Below, in pieces: positions 29,095 through 38,013 of a stretch of 64,000 bases of DNA. The DNA comes from Oscillospiraceae bacterium (GTDB lineage Bacteria; Bacillota; Dethiobacteria; Dethiobacterales; Dethiobacteraceae). Numbering within the stretch: position 1 is the stretch's first letter; the number at the start of each line of letters is the position of its first letter. The stretch covers positions 10,100 to 74,099 of the forward strand of contig DASRMS010000183.1 in NCBI GenBank assembly GCA_035647835.1, read 5' to 3'. A program made the position numbers and the translations under genes. Under the pieces are notes generated by a model. That model had not been told where the DNA came from. It saw nothing but the letters and a program-made list of their open reading frames with translations, and did not search any database.

Positions 29095-30133
29095 CGCGAG
29101 TTAATCCTCCTTTCAGTAGATATAAAAAGAACGGCGCTCCCAACATAGCCATAATAATTCCTACTGGCACTTCTATAGGATCCATTGCAATTCTGGCCAC
29201 AGTGTCACAAAACATCACAAGCGTTGCCCCAAAGATAGTACTTGCCGGCAGCAGATAACGATAATCTGAACCAATAATAAGACGAACGGTATGCGGCACA
29301 ATTAGACCAACAAACCCCAGCATTCCTACTACACTCACAGCACTGGCAGCCAATAGCGATGCCAGCGCAACCAAAACTAACCTCATCCTTTCAACATTGA
29401 CACCTAAATTCGTGGCAATTTCATCGCCTAAGGCCAAAACATTTAGTTTATTAGCCAGGATAGAAACAAGTACTAGCCCTACCAAAGCGTATGGCCATAA
29501 TAAAGAGAAATGTTTCCAACTTCTCGCGGCTAACCCACCTACCATAAAATCAATCACCCCATGTACTCTATTGGGGAAAAACACCATTAAGGCATTAATC
29601 CAAGCACTTAAGAACGAAGAAACAGCGACTCCGGCCAGTACCATCCGCATGGGTTTAATACCTCCCTTCCACGCTAGTGCATATATTAACAGCGTGGCAG
29701 CTAATGAGCCCAAAAATGCACAAGGTATAATTAGGTAGTAATGCTTGGGCAGGAGCACCAGAATAATAGTTGCAGCTATACCCGCACCTGAGGAAACACC
29801 AATAATGCTGGGGGAAGCAAGAGGGTTTTTCATGACTCCCTGTAGAATTCCGCCTGATAGAGATAAACAGATGCCTACTAAACCGGCTACGATTGTTCTG
29901 GGCAAACGAATATTCCAAATGATTTGTCTGTTCGTAGTTTCTGTCTTATTAACAATTGCCTCAATTACTTCTGGTATAGTAATTTTCAATGATCCCATCC
30001 CAACACTAAAGAGAAAGGAGAGCACGCACAGCACTAATAGCAGGAGGATCACGGCAAGCCTAAAACTATTTCTTTGTCTCATTAGTTTAATACTTTCTAC
30101 CTGGTGTGCAACATTCATTTTAATTTTCTCCAT
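29081..30133 (-). CDS. FecCD/BtuC-family ABC transporter permease
   Basis: 350-aa polytopic protein with typical FecCD family sequence. Confidence 0.85.
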   Translation of the reverse strand: MEKIKMNVAHQVESIKLMRQRNSFRLAVILLLLVLCVLSFLFSVGMGSLKITIPEVIEAIVNKTETTNRQIIWNIRLPRTIVAGLVGICLSLSGGILQGVMKNPLASPSIIGVSSGAGIAATIILVLLPKHYYLIIPCAFLGSLAATLLIYALAWKGGIKPMRMVLAGVAVSSFLSAWINALMVFFPNRVHGVIDFMVGGLAARSWKHFSLLWPYALVGLVLVSILANKLNVLALGDEIATNLGVNVERMRLVLVALASLLAASAVSVVGMLGFVGLIVPHTVRLIIGSDYRYLLPASTIFGATLVMFCDTVARIAMDPIEVPVGIIMAMLGAPFFLYLLKGGLTRDVKS

Positions 30134-31117
30134 TTAATCAAGTGTAACGCCTGGATAGAGGATATTGGCAAGATAAGCGAAGGCTTCCGGATATCTAACA
30201 TTCGGTTTATACATAAACAAATCCTTAGGAAGATAGTGAATGTTGCCTTCTTTTACGGCTCTAATGCCAGCCCAGGCTTGGTTTGACGACACATCCTCCT
30301 TAATCCTTGCCTTACATTCCTCTAGATCACCCATTGTGGTAATTAAGATCACATCAGGATCGCTTTCCACAATTTTCTCCAGACTAAAGTTAACCCTTAC
30401 ATCACCTTCGGCTAGTGTATCGGTAACAATGTTTTCTCCACCCAAGATATCTACCATGTTACCAGTTTGTGCGGTTGGCAGCTCGCAGGTCACTGATTTA
30501 GAAGAAGCAAAAAGGATCAAGACTTTAGGCTTGCGTTCATCTACTGTCTTGTCCACAATTTCCTTAACTTCATCATCAAGTTGACTAATATCGGTCTCAA
30601 AAATATCTCTGCGCCCAGTGATTCTAGTAAATACATCTAGATTCTCAAAGAAGTCTTGGTAATCATAGAATTCACAGTAGAGTGTCTCTATTTTATTTTG
30701 AGCGAAGACATCTTTTATTTCACGGTGAGCAGCCATTGTACTGGTCATGATAATCAAATCTGGTTGCATAGCAATAATTTTCTCTAGGTTCGGACTGCCG
30801 ACACTGCCTAATATTTCTATACTTTCTGCTTCTGGAGGCACATTCTCTGTTCCACTCACTCTACCCACTGCTGTGCCACCGGCAAGATACCATAAATCAA
30901 GCAGCGAGTTCATGAGAACAACAACTTTTTTTGGTTCCTTAGTTATTACAACTTCATTACCTAACGGATCCATTATTGTAATGCTGCGTTCATCTTCAGC
31001 TCTAATCAGTTCAGGCGTTTGATAGTCGTTATTGGCAGTTCCCTCACAACCAAACAGCAACATAATCAACACAACACACAGCGAAAAGTAAACGCAAAAC
31101 TTAATTTTTCTTTTCAT
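30134..31117 (-). CDS. BtuF/FhuD-type substrate-binding lipoprotein (probable corrinoid binding)
   Basis: Lipobox LLFGC and a class III periplasmic-binding-protein pattern. A corrinoid role is inferred only from the cob/riboswitch operon context. Confidence 0.7.
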   Translation of the reverse strand: MKRKIKFCVYFSLCVVLIMLLFGCEGTANNDYQTPELIRAEDERSITIMDPLGNEVVITKEPKKVVVLMNSLLDLWYLAGGTAVGRVSGTENVPPEAESIEILGSVGSPNLEKIIAMQPDLIIMTSTMAAHREIKDVFAQNKIETLYCEFYDYQDFFENLDVFTRITGRRDIFETDISQLDDEVKEIVDKTVDERKPKVLILFASSKSVTCELPTAQTGNMVDILGGENIVTDTLAEGDVRVNFSLEKIVESDPDVILITTMGDLEECKARIKEDVSSNQAWAGIRAVKEGNIHYLPKDLFMYKPNVRYPEAFAYLANILYPGVTLD

Positions 31118-31193
31118 TTAAATTTACCTCCCATACAAACTTTAATATTTGCCGCACTAGTAACATGATAGTCACCTGTAATAAAACAAAACA

Positions 31194-32288
31194 TTACCCC
31201 TGCTTCCTGCTGCACAAGGCTTCTATTAATGTCTGATTTTCAGTATGGTTTCGGACTGCTACACGGACGTAGCGCTGGTTAAGTCCCTGGTAGTTACCAC
31301 AGTCACGGATGAGAATCTTCTGTCTGAGCAGCTCTGCCTGCAATTCAACTGAAGCTGCCTGCAAACTTTCCAACAATATATAGTTGGCTCCAGGAGTAAA
31401 AGGATAAATATCCGGTATCGTTTGTAAAGCGAGGTAAAGCTCATGGGCTTGAGCAGTAATCATTTCTACCGACTTTTCCAGAAAAGTCTTATCTCGTAGG
31501 ACAAATTCGCCTGCTAATTGCGCCAAACTATTCACGCTCCATGGATCCCTGTTTTTAACGATGGCGTCACAAAGCTGCGGCGCGGCAGCCAAAAAACCCA
31601 GCCTTAGCCCCGGAATGGCATACATTTTAGTCATTGAGCAGAGGACAACTACGTGTTCAGCTGCCATTTGCAGGAGAGTTCTCTCCTGCCAGTCTGCAGA
31701 AAACTCGAGAAAAGCTTCATCAATAACCAGATAAGCATGACTTTGGGCACATGCTTCACTAACAGCTAGAACTTCAGCTCGACTTAGGCCGCAGCCCGTA
31801 GGGTTATTGGGATTACACAGCATCACCAGCGCAGGACGCTCTTGTTTGATTTGCTCACATATTTGTTCAACCTGCAGTTTAAATTCATGCTTTCGCTGCA
31901 GATAATGATAACTGACCGCTCTCCCTGCAGCCTGAGCTGCTTTGGCATAAAGATTAAAACTCGGTGCCGGAATCAGGGCTGTACCAGCTGGTAGAATACG
32001 CATTAGCGTATAAATTAATTCCCCTGCACCGTTGCCAACAACAATATTCTGTCGCGGTTGATAGTACTCCCTGATAACGTTTACTAGTTTACGGCAAGCA
32101 GGATCAGGATAGGCAGTAACAGTCGCCAGCTGCTCTGCCAAAAATGCTAACAGTCCGGCAGGCGGACCTAAGGGATTGATGTTTGCACTAAAATCAACTA
32201 TTTCCTTGGGGTCAAAGCCATAAGCTTCTGCTGCTGTTTTCACATCGCCGCCATGACCAAAAGGATGTAGTTTAGCTTGTTGCTGCAT
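31194..32288 (-). CDS. cobD: threonine-phosphate decarboxylase (CobD; aminotransferase class I/II)
   Basis: GHGGD ... DFSANINPLGPP N-terminus typical of CobD, in a cob operon context. Confidence 0.8.
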   Translation of the reverse strand: MQQQAKLHPFGHGGDVKTAAEAYGFDPKEIVDFSANINPLGPPAGLLAFLAEQLATVTAYPDPACRKLVNVIREYYQPRQNIVVGNGAGELIYTLMRILPAGTALIPAPSFNLYAKAAQAAGRAVSYHYLQRKHEFKLQVEQICEQIKQERPALVMLCNPNNPTGCGLSRAEVLAVSEACAQSHAYLVIDEAFLEFSADWQERTLLQMAAEHVVVLCSMTKMYAIPGLRLGFLAAAPQLCDAIVKNRDPWSVNSLAQLAGEFVLRDKTFLEKSVEMITAQAHELYLALQTIPDIYPFTPGANYILLESLQAASVELQAELLRQKILIRDCGNYQGLNQRYVRVAVRNHTENQTLIEALCSRKQG

Positions 32289-32312
32289 TGGTTAAAGCCT
32301 CCAATCTTTTAA

Positions 32313-32876
32313 TTAAAACTCGATGCCAGGCTGTGCTTTTATCCCTGCCTGGTAGTGATGCTTCCTCAAGCTCACTTCGCTGACAAGATCGGCAGCAGCA
32401 ATAATCTCTTGCCGAGCATAGCGCCCAGTCAGTACAAGATTGACATGCTGAGGACGTTCCTGACACATCGTTAAGACGTCAGTGAGATTAAGCAATTCAT
32501 TGTGCAGGGCATAATTAATCTCATCGAAAATAACCAGCTCATAGTCCCCTGAGCGTAAGGCCTGACGTCCTTTAGCCAGCACAGCTTTGGCATCAGCCAC
32601 ATCTGCCAGGGGATCAAAGCCTCCCTTGCCTCTAAAAGTACTCCTTTTTGACTGCACTACTGTGATATTGGGCAGATACTTGCGGATAGCCTGAATTTCT
32701 CCATATGTGGGGTCACTTTTGCGAAACTGGACCATAAATACCTTTTTGCCGTGTCCACTGGTACGTAAGGCCAGACCGAGTGCTGCCGTTGTTTTCCCTT
32801 TACCGTTTCCTGTGTAGACCATGATTATGCCTTGGTTTTCCTGCAGTGATATCACCTCCTTAACAGCAGCTGTCAA
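32313..32876 (-). CDS. cobO: cob(I)yrinic acid a,c-diamide adenosyltransferase (CobO/BtuR type)
   Basis: VYTGNGKGKTTAALGLALR P-loop and HELLNL/DEINY motifs. The exact start is uncertain (TTG at 32876 or a downstream ATG). Confidence 0.85.
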   Translation of the reverse strand: MTAAVKEVISLQENQGIIMVYTGNGKGKTTAALGLALRTSGHGKKVFMVQFRKSDPTYGEIQAIRKYLPNITVVQSKRSTFRGKGGFDPLADVADAKAVLAKGRQALRSGDYELVIFDEINYALHNELLNLTDVLTMCQERPQHVNLVLTGRYARQEIIAAADLVSEVSLRKHHYQAGIKAQPGIEF

Positions 32877-32929
32877 GCTGCAGCCAGAAATAACAAGCTC
32901 AGGCCAATCGGCCTGATCTAAATGAGCGT

Positions 32930-33128
32930 AAAAAAGACACGTCTCCCTTAACCCGAGGGCACGATATACTGTTTAACACAGGCAGGTTTCCTGGCTGCCG
33001 GTCAACATTGCAAAGCGCCTTCCCCGACAAGGCGAGTGGCCTACTGCTTTGCAACTCACGGTTACAGTGGCGGGACCGCTCAGGCTTTGCACCTGATTCC
33101 CTTTATACTCGTAAGAGTACCTGTTTTA
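32930..33128 (-). promoter_or_regulatory. cobalamin riboswitch with terminator-type expression platform
   Basis: The minus strand shows GGGAATCAGGTGCAAAGCCTGAGCGGTCCCGCCACTGTAACCG, GCCACTCGCC, GGGGAAGGCGC and the B12 box AGCCAGGAAACCTGCC (32981-32996), followed by a hairpin plus U6 (32930-32965). Confidence 0.85.
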
Positions 33129-33147
33129 TCGCATCTGTAGTTGTGGA

Positions 33148-34104
33148 TTATAGTCTTACCAGCATTAAAATTAGTGCTTTAATGATCAAACCGATAGCTA
33201 AGAAAATCATGGCGGTCAGACGCATTAGTTTAGTAGTAGTAACAATATCATCGACATTGGCCAAGCGCCCTTCCTGCCATAGCAAGGGCCGCTGGGTGAA
33301 GCCTCCATAGTACTTGTTTTCTCCGCCTAAAGTAACATTTAGGGCACCAGCTGTGGTGGCTTCGGCAAAGCCGCTGTTGGGACTGGGATGCTGATGACTG
33401 TCTCGCCGCATAGCAATAACAGCAGCTTTAACATCAAGCCGCAGTAGTGCGGCAGCCAGGAGCATCACCGGCACAGTCAGACGGGCTGGCAAAAAATTAG
33501 CTAAATCATCCAGCTTGGCTGCGGCACGGCCAAAATATAGATAACGCTCATTTTTATGACCAAGCATCGAATCCATGGTATTGACCGCTTTATAAAGTAA
33601 GGCTAGCGACGCTCCCCCAAGCAAGGCGTAAAAAAGTGGTGCCGTTACGCCATCCACTGTGTTTTCGGCAACTGTTTCCACGGCCGCCCGGGCCACTTCT
33701 GACGCTGTTAATTCGTCAGTATCACGGCTCACGACTAAGCCCACAGCATAACGCGCCGTCGCTAACTCACCTGCACGTAAGGGCTTGATAATTTTTTCAG
33801 CCGCTTCCTGCAGGCCGCGAGCTGCCAGGGTAGTTGACAGTAAGACAATAATTACAAGTAACCCCAGATATTTATTAAACCGGGTAAAAGTAAACAGTAA
33901 GAGCTTGCTGCCAACATAAGTTGTCCCCAGGACTATCATCACCAGCACGGCCCCGGTTACAAGCTGGGCAGTGTTCGAGGCAGTCTCCCGACGTAAGCGT
34001 TTTTCCAATGCTCTGACTAAACGCCCCATTTGAATTACAGGATGGGGCAGCCAGGCTGGATCACCTATGGCTGCATCTAACAAAAAAGCACTCAATAATT
34101 CCAC
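33148..34104 (-). CDS. cbiB: adenosylcobinamide-phosphate synthase
   Basis: 318-aa membrane protein. The N-terminus LLDAAIGDPAWLPHPV is typical of CbiB. Confidence 0.9.
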   Translation of the reverse strand: MELLSAFLLDAAIGDPAWLPHPVIQMGRLVRALEKRLRRETASNTAQLVTGAVLVMIVLGTTYVGSKLLLFTFTRFNKYLGLLVIIVLLSTTLAARGLQEAAEKIIKPLRAGELATARYAVGLVVSRDTDELTASEVARAAVETVAENTVDGVTAPLFYALLGGASLALLYKAVNTMDSMLGHKNERYLYFGRAAAKLDDLANFLPARLTVPVMLLAAALLRLDVKAAVIAMRRDSHQHPSPNSGFAEATTAGALNVTLGGENKYYGGFTQRPLLWQEGRLANVDDIVTTTKLMRLTAMIFLAIGLIIKALILMLVRL

Positions 34105-35499
34105 TTAGCCTGCCTCCTTACCACGGTTTGAACAGTTAGCTTCCTGCTGCCTGCGCTGCGCACAGACCGTAATAAACCGTTGTGCCAGCCGCGGATTAGC
34201 TAAAAAATGCAAATGAAGATATGAACCATAACAGTTATAGCTTCTTTCACCAGTCAGCTGTTGCTTTTCAGTCTGGTAGAGATAATTAGTCCCAGCCTGC
34301 TCCATCTCAGACCAACGAAACTCATGTCCCCGGCAGCTTTCCTGCGGCAGCAAGAGAGCATTGTTTGCCGTACCCCTGACTTCTACATAACCAAGGGCGC
34401 GGCGACCTTGATGCATACGAGAGTGCCCGGGGAAAATACCGCACATAGGGTAGGTTTGCTCCTCAAAGGTGGTCAGGGACTGAGCAAGATACATATAACC
34501 GCCGCATTCAGCATAAATGGGCAAACCCGCAGCTGCTGCTGTTTTCAGCTGTTCTCGCAAGGTAATATTTGCTGACAGTTCTTTGGCATACAGTTCGGGA
34601 AAACCTCCGCCTAAGATAGCACCATGGCAGTCTGTTGGCAGCTGGGTATCGTTAAGTGGTGAAAAAGGAATCAGCTCTGCTCCCAATGCCTGCAAATACT
34701 CAAGGTTTTCCTGATAGTAAAAATGGAAGGCTTCATCTTGCGCAACTGCAATCCGGCACCTGACAGGAACATGCTGTGCAGGAAAGACGGTCTCTGTAAC
34801 TTCCGGCAGTTCACCTGCTGCAGCAGCAGCTGCTAACAAGGAGTCTAAATCAAAGTGTGTTTCGGCAAGATCTGCTAAGTTAGTAAAAAGGTCGGGTAGG
34901 TTTTCTGCTTCCGCCGTAGGCAGCAAACCCAAATGCCGCTCGGGTATAACAATCTTAGTGTCCTTGGGCAGCCAGCCTAGGACAGGCAGGTTCAGGTAAT
35001 CTTTGACGGCCTTAGTCAGGATTTGATAATGACTGGGACTGCCCACATGGTTAAAAATCACACCGGCAAAGTTAACCTCAGGGTCAAACTGTAAATAGCC
35101 GCCCACCAGTGCCGCGGCACTGCGTGCCATTTTTGCCCCACTGGCCACTAAAACTACCGGCGTGTTGGTGATTTTCGCCAGCTGGGCAGAGCTGCCAGAC
35201 TCTCCTTCATTTTTCCTGCCATCGTATAACCCCATTACACCTTCTATGATGGCAATGGCTGATGAAGGCACCCGTCGCTGCAGTATTTCCCTCACCTGTG
35301 CTGGCCGCAGCATCCAGCTATCCAGGTTGCTAGCGGACTGACCTGCTGCAGCACTATGAAAACCCGGATCTATATAATCCGGTCCTACTTTGAAGGGAAT
35401 GACAGTATGACCTCGTCGTTTGAGAGCGGCAATTATCGCGACTGTAATCGTTGTCTTACCTACACCGCTGTTGGTACCCGCTATAAGCAGACGTTTCAC
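34105..35499 (-). CDS. cbiA: cobyrinate a,c-diamide synthase
   Basis: N-terminal AGTNSGVGKTT P-loop and a C-terminal GATase with the ECGG motif. Confidence 0.9.
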   Translation of the reverse strand: MKRLLIAGTNSGVGKTTITVAIIAALKRRGHTVIPFKVGPDYIDPGFHSAAAGQSASNLDSWMLRPAQVREILQRRVPSSAIAIIEGVMGLYDGRKNEGESGSSAQLAKITNTPVVLVASGAKMARSAAALVGGYLQFDPEVNFAGVIFNHVGSPSHYQILTKAVKDYLNLPVLGWLPKDTKIVIPERHLGLLPTAEAENLPDLFTNLADLAETHFDLDSLLAAAAAAGELPEVTETVFPAQHVPVRCRIAVAQDEAFHFYYQENLEYLQALGAELIPFSPLNDTQLPTDCHGAILGGGFPELYAKELSANITLREQLKTAAAAGLPIYAECGGYMYLAQSLTTFEEQTYPMCGIFPGHSRMHQGRRALGYVEVRGTANNALLLPQESCRGHEFRWSEMEQAGTNYLYQTEKQQLTGERSYNCYGSYLHLHFLANPRLAQRFITVCAQRRQQEANCSNRGKEAG

Positions 35500-36140
35500 A
35501 CTGCTGCCTCTTTCTGGGTAAGAGCCAGGCGTACCAGAGCATTGACAATGGCTGCAGCTATGGTGCTGCCGCCTTTTTCACCCCGGATCGTAATCCAGGG
35601 TATGGCAAAGGAAGTTAACAACTCTTTCGACTCTGCTGCGCCGACAAAACCAACGGGAGTACCAATAATTAATGATGGTTTGGCCTGTCCGGCCTGCACC
35701 ACTTCCAGCAATTTAAACAAAGCCGTTGGCGCATTGCCGATCACAAAAATTCCGCCTGTCGGGCAAATATTTAAAGCATGCGTCATGGCAGCCACTGCCC
35801 GTGTTGTGCCTAATTCTTTGGCCCCTTTGGCGATCGCAGCATCATGTATAAGGCAGGCAGGCTCAATACCCAGGGTCTGCAAACCTATCCTGCTGAGACC
35901 AGAGCGCGCCATCTCCACATCACAAAACAAGGGTTCTCCCGCCAGCAAAGCAGCAGTGCCAGCATCCACCGCCTGTTCACCAAAAGCTATCAAAGCGGCA
36001 AAGGTACTATCACCAGTAGTATGTACTACTCTTTTCACAACCGGTTTCTGCAGTTCAGTAAAGGTAAAACCATGCAAACGTCCCTCAATAATTTCCATGC
36101 TTAACCGCTCTATCTCCAGCGGATTTTTAATGTATTCCAT
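35496..36140 (-). CDS. cbiC: cobalt-precorrin-8 methylmutase
   Basis: 214 aa, with VHTTGD and IGNAPTAL motifs. Confidence 0.9.
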   Translation of the reverse strand: MEYIKNPLEIERLSMEIIEGRLHGFTFTELQKPVVKRVVHTTGDSTFAALIAFGEQAVDAGTAALLAGEPLFCDVEMARSGLSRIGLQTLGIEPACLIHDAAIAKGAKELGTTRAVAAMTHALNICPTGGIFVIGNAPTALFKLLEVVQAGQAKPSLIIGTPVGFVGAAESKELLTSFAIPWITIRGEKGGSTIAAAIVNALVRLALTQKEAAV

Positions 36141-36149
36141 CTTCTCCTC

Positions 36150-36527
36150 CTATACCTTGGTAACCGCGGCAATACGGTCCGCAATGATCTCTGCCATCCG
36201 CTCGTCGATGCCCAGAATAGGTGCAAGTGACAACTCCAACTGCGGGGGTGTTTGGCCGTTTCTGTCGCTAAAATTTCCGGAAAATCTTCCTTAATATGTA
36301 CCCCCTGATACAGAAAAACAGGTACAATAATAATCTCTTGTATCTCTTCTCCCACTAACTGCGCTATCGCTGTTGACACATCTGGTTTCGCCAGCTGCAA
36401 AAAACTATAGGCTACCACCTGTTCCGGTCGCGGTCGCTACTTCTGAACAAGTGGCTGTAGGTCCTGTAAAGCCCATTAGCTTCACTACGATGGCTGCCTG
36501 CCCAACTAATAATACAGCAGATTTCAT
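36150..36527 (-). pseudogene. cbiX: sirohydrochlorin cobaltochelatase CbiX (small form) disrupted by three frame shifts
   Basis: The ATG at 36527 overlaps the cbiJ stop (ATGA). CbiX-like sequence is spread over successive frames: MKSAVLLVG, then GSHRSEANGLYRTYSHLF..., then VAYSFLQLAKPDVSTAIAQLVGEEIQEIIIVPVFLYQGVHIKEDFPEIL, then PQLELSLAPILGIDERMAEIIADRIAAVTKV-stop. The start and final stop are in the same frame. Confidence 0.6.
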
Positions 36528-37309
36528 CTTCCATTCTCCTTATTTCGATAGACCTTTTGCAGCGCAGCAACGATTTCCGCAGGGGTTGATTTTTCCTCTA
36601 TAGGTTCCGGCCGCTGCACAATGATGATGGGGATATTACAATCCTGTGCTGCAGCTACCTTTTCCGGTGTACCACCAGCAGCACCACTTTCTTTACTAAT
36701 TACCACATCCGCCCCATATTCTCGGAAGAGTGCCGCATTGAGCTCTGCAGAAGCTGGTCCTTGTAGTGCTACAATCTGCTTCGGTAAAAGGCCCAAAGAC
36801 AGACAGTGCTGCAAGCTTTTTTCAACGGGCAAAATACGGGCCACTACCTCACACGCCTCAGGTTTTAAGACTTCTAAACACTCCGCCAGGTGTCGCGTAC
36901 CAATGGTCAGAAACACAACTCGACCCTTACGGGCCGCCTGGCGAGCGGCAGTGGGAAAGTCTGGTGCAAAATATACACCATCTGTACTTTCAAGCTCGCA
37001 GCCAGGCCGCTCATAGCGCAGGTAATAAATCCCGGCAGCCTGGGCCGCCGCACAGGCCTGAGCGGAAGCTGCTGCGGCAAAAGGATGTGTTGCATCAAGC
37101 AGGACCTTGATCTGACGCTCTTTGATTAACTGCAGTAGTTGTTCGCAATCCAGCGCCTGAACCAAAACCTCACAGCCGCCTTGCTGCCGCAAAAGCTCTG
37201 CCCCGTAAGTTGAAACAACTGTCGCCACAATCTTTGTGGCAGGCAAAGCCTCCCGAATTATGGCCACCATGCGTCGGGCATCCCGGGTTCCACCCATCAA
37301 AAGAATCAT
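36524..37309 (-). CDS. cbiJ: cobalt-precorrin-6A reductase
   Basis: 261 aa. MILLMGGTRDAR N-terminus typical of CbiJ/CobK. Confidence 0.85.
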   Translation of the reverse strand: MILLMGGTRDARRMVAIIREALPATKIVATVVSTYGAELLRQQGGCEVLVQALDCEQLLQLIKERQIKVLLDATHPFAAAASAQACAAAQAAGIYYLRYERPGCELESTDGVYFAPDFPTAARQAARKGRVVFLTIGTRHLAECLEVLKPEACEVVARILPVEKSLQHCLSLGLLPKQIVALQGPASAELNAALFREYGADVVISKESGAAGGTPEKVAAAQDCNIPIIIVQRPEPIEEKSTPAEIVAALQKVYRNKENGR

Positions 37310-38013
37310 ACTGTATAACCACGCGGGGTAACCATTTTGCCATGTACTACCTTAGTCTGACTGTTACCTACAATCACCGTAGTAGTCATATCAACTTGCT
37401 CTACAGACAATTCTGCCAGGGTACTAATAACGCTGCTTTCTCCTGACCGGCCAATATTTTTTACAAAGCCAACCGGCGTCGACCCGCTGCGATAGGTGAG
37501 CATAATTTCCTGTGCCTGACGCAGGTGTTCCTGCCGGCCACGGCTGCGTGGATTATACAGGACAATCACAAAATCAGCACTGGCGGCGGCAGCTAGTCGT
37601 GTTTGGATAGTTTGCCATGGTGTCAGTAAGTCCGAGAGACTAATAACCGCAAAATCATGTACTAGCGGTGCACCTAAGACAGCGGCAGCAGATGTTGCCG
37701 CTGTCACCCCGGGAACAACTGTCACAGGCAATGTGGCCGGCGCCACCTCCAACACCAGTCCTGCCATGCCATAAACTCCCGGGTCACCACTGGATATAAC
37801 CACGACATGTTTTCCCTGCAAGGCGGTACTCACAGCTGCTTTAGCTCGATCTATTTCCTTTTTCATCCCAGATGACAATACTGTTTGCTCTGTTAGCAAG
37901 GGCTGAATTAGACGAATATAAGTGCTATAACCAACCACCACATTGGCTTCCTGCAGCGCCTTAGCGGCCTGTGGTGTTAAGAGAGCCTCATTACCCGGTC
38001 CGAGGCCAACCAC
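37306..38013 (-). CDS. cbiH: cobalt-precorrin-3B (cobalt-factor III) C17-methyltransferase
   Basis: Tetrapyrrole methylase fold (GLGPGN ... GDPGVYGMAG). I prefer the in-frame GTG at 38013 (AGAGGA 9 nt upstream), which gives 235 aa. The ATG at 38115 in the ORF track would add 34 residues read from inside cbiG. Confidence 0.8.
   Translation of the reverse strand: MVGLGPGNEALLTPQAAKALQEANVVVGYSTYIRLIQPLLTEQTVLSSGMKKEIDRAKAAVSTALQGKHVVVISSGDPGVYGMAGLVLEVAPATLPVTVVPGVTAATSAAAVLGAPLVHDFAVISLSDLLTPWQTIQTRLAAAASADFVIVLYNPRSRGRQEHLRQAQEIMLTYRSGSTPVGFVKNIGRSGESSVISTLAELSVEQVDMTTTVIVGNSQTKVVHGKMVTPRGYTV

Noticed and set aside
33008-33310. 100-aa plus-strand ORF
   Set aside because: It is antisense to the cobalamin riboswitch and the 3' end of cbiB, so it is a shadow ORF.
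35356-36294. 312-aa plus-strand ORF
   Set aside because: It lies entirely antisense to cbiA/cbiC. Its product is low-complexity and Ser/Ala/Pro/Thr-rich, and there is no RBS. This is typical of a shadow ORF opposite a real gene. The same reasoning applies to 42138-42599, 48789-49277, 59623-60090, 3454-3903, 58744-59178 and 11536-12012.
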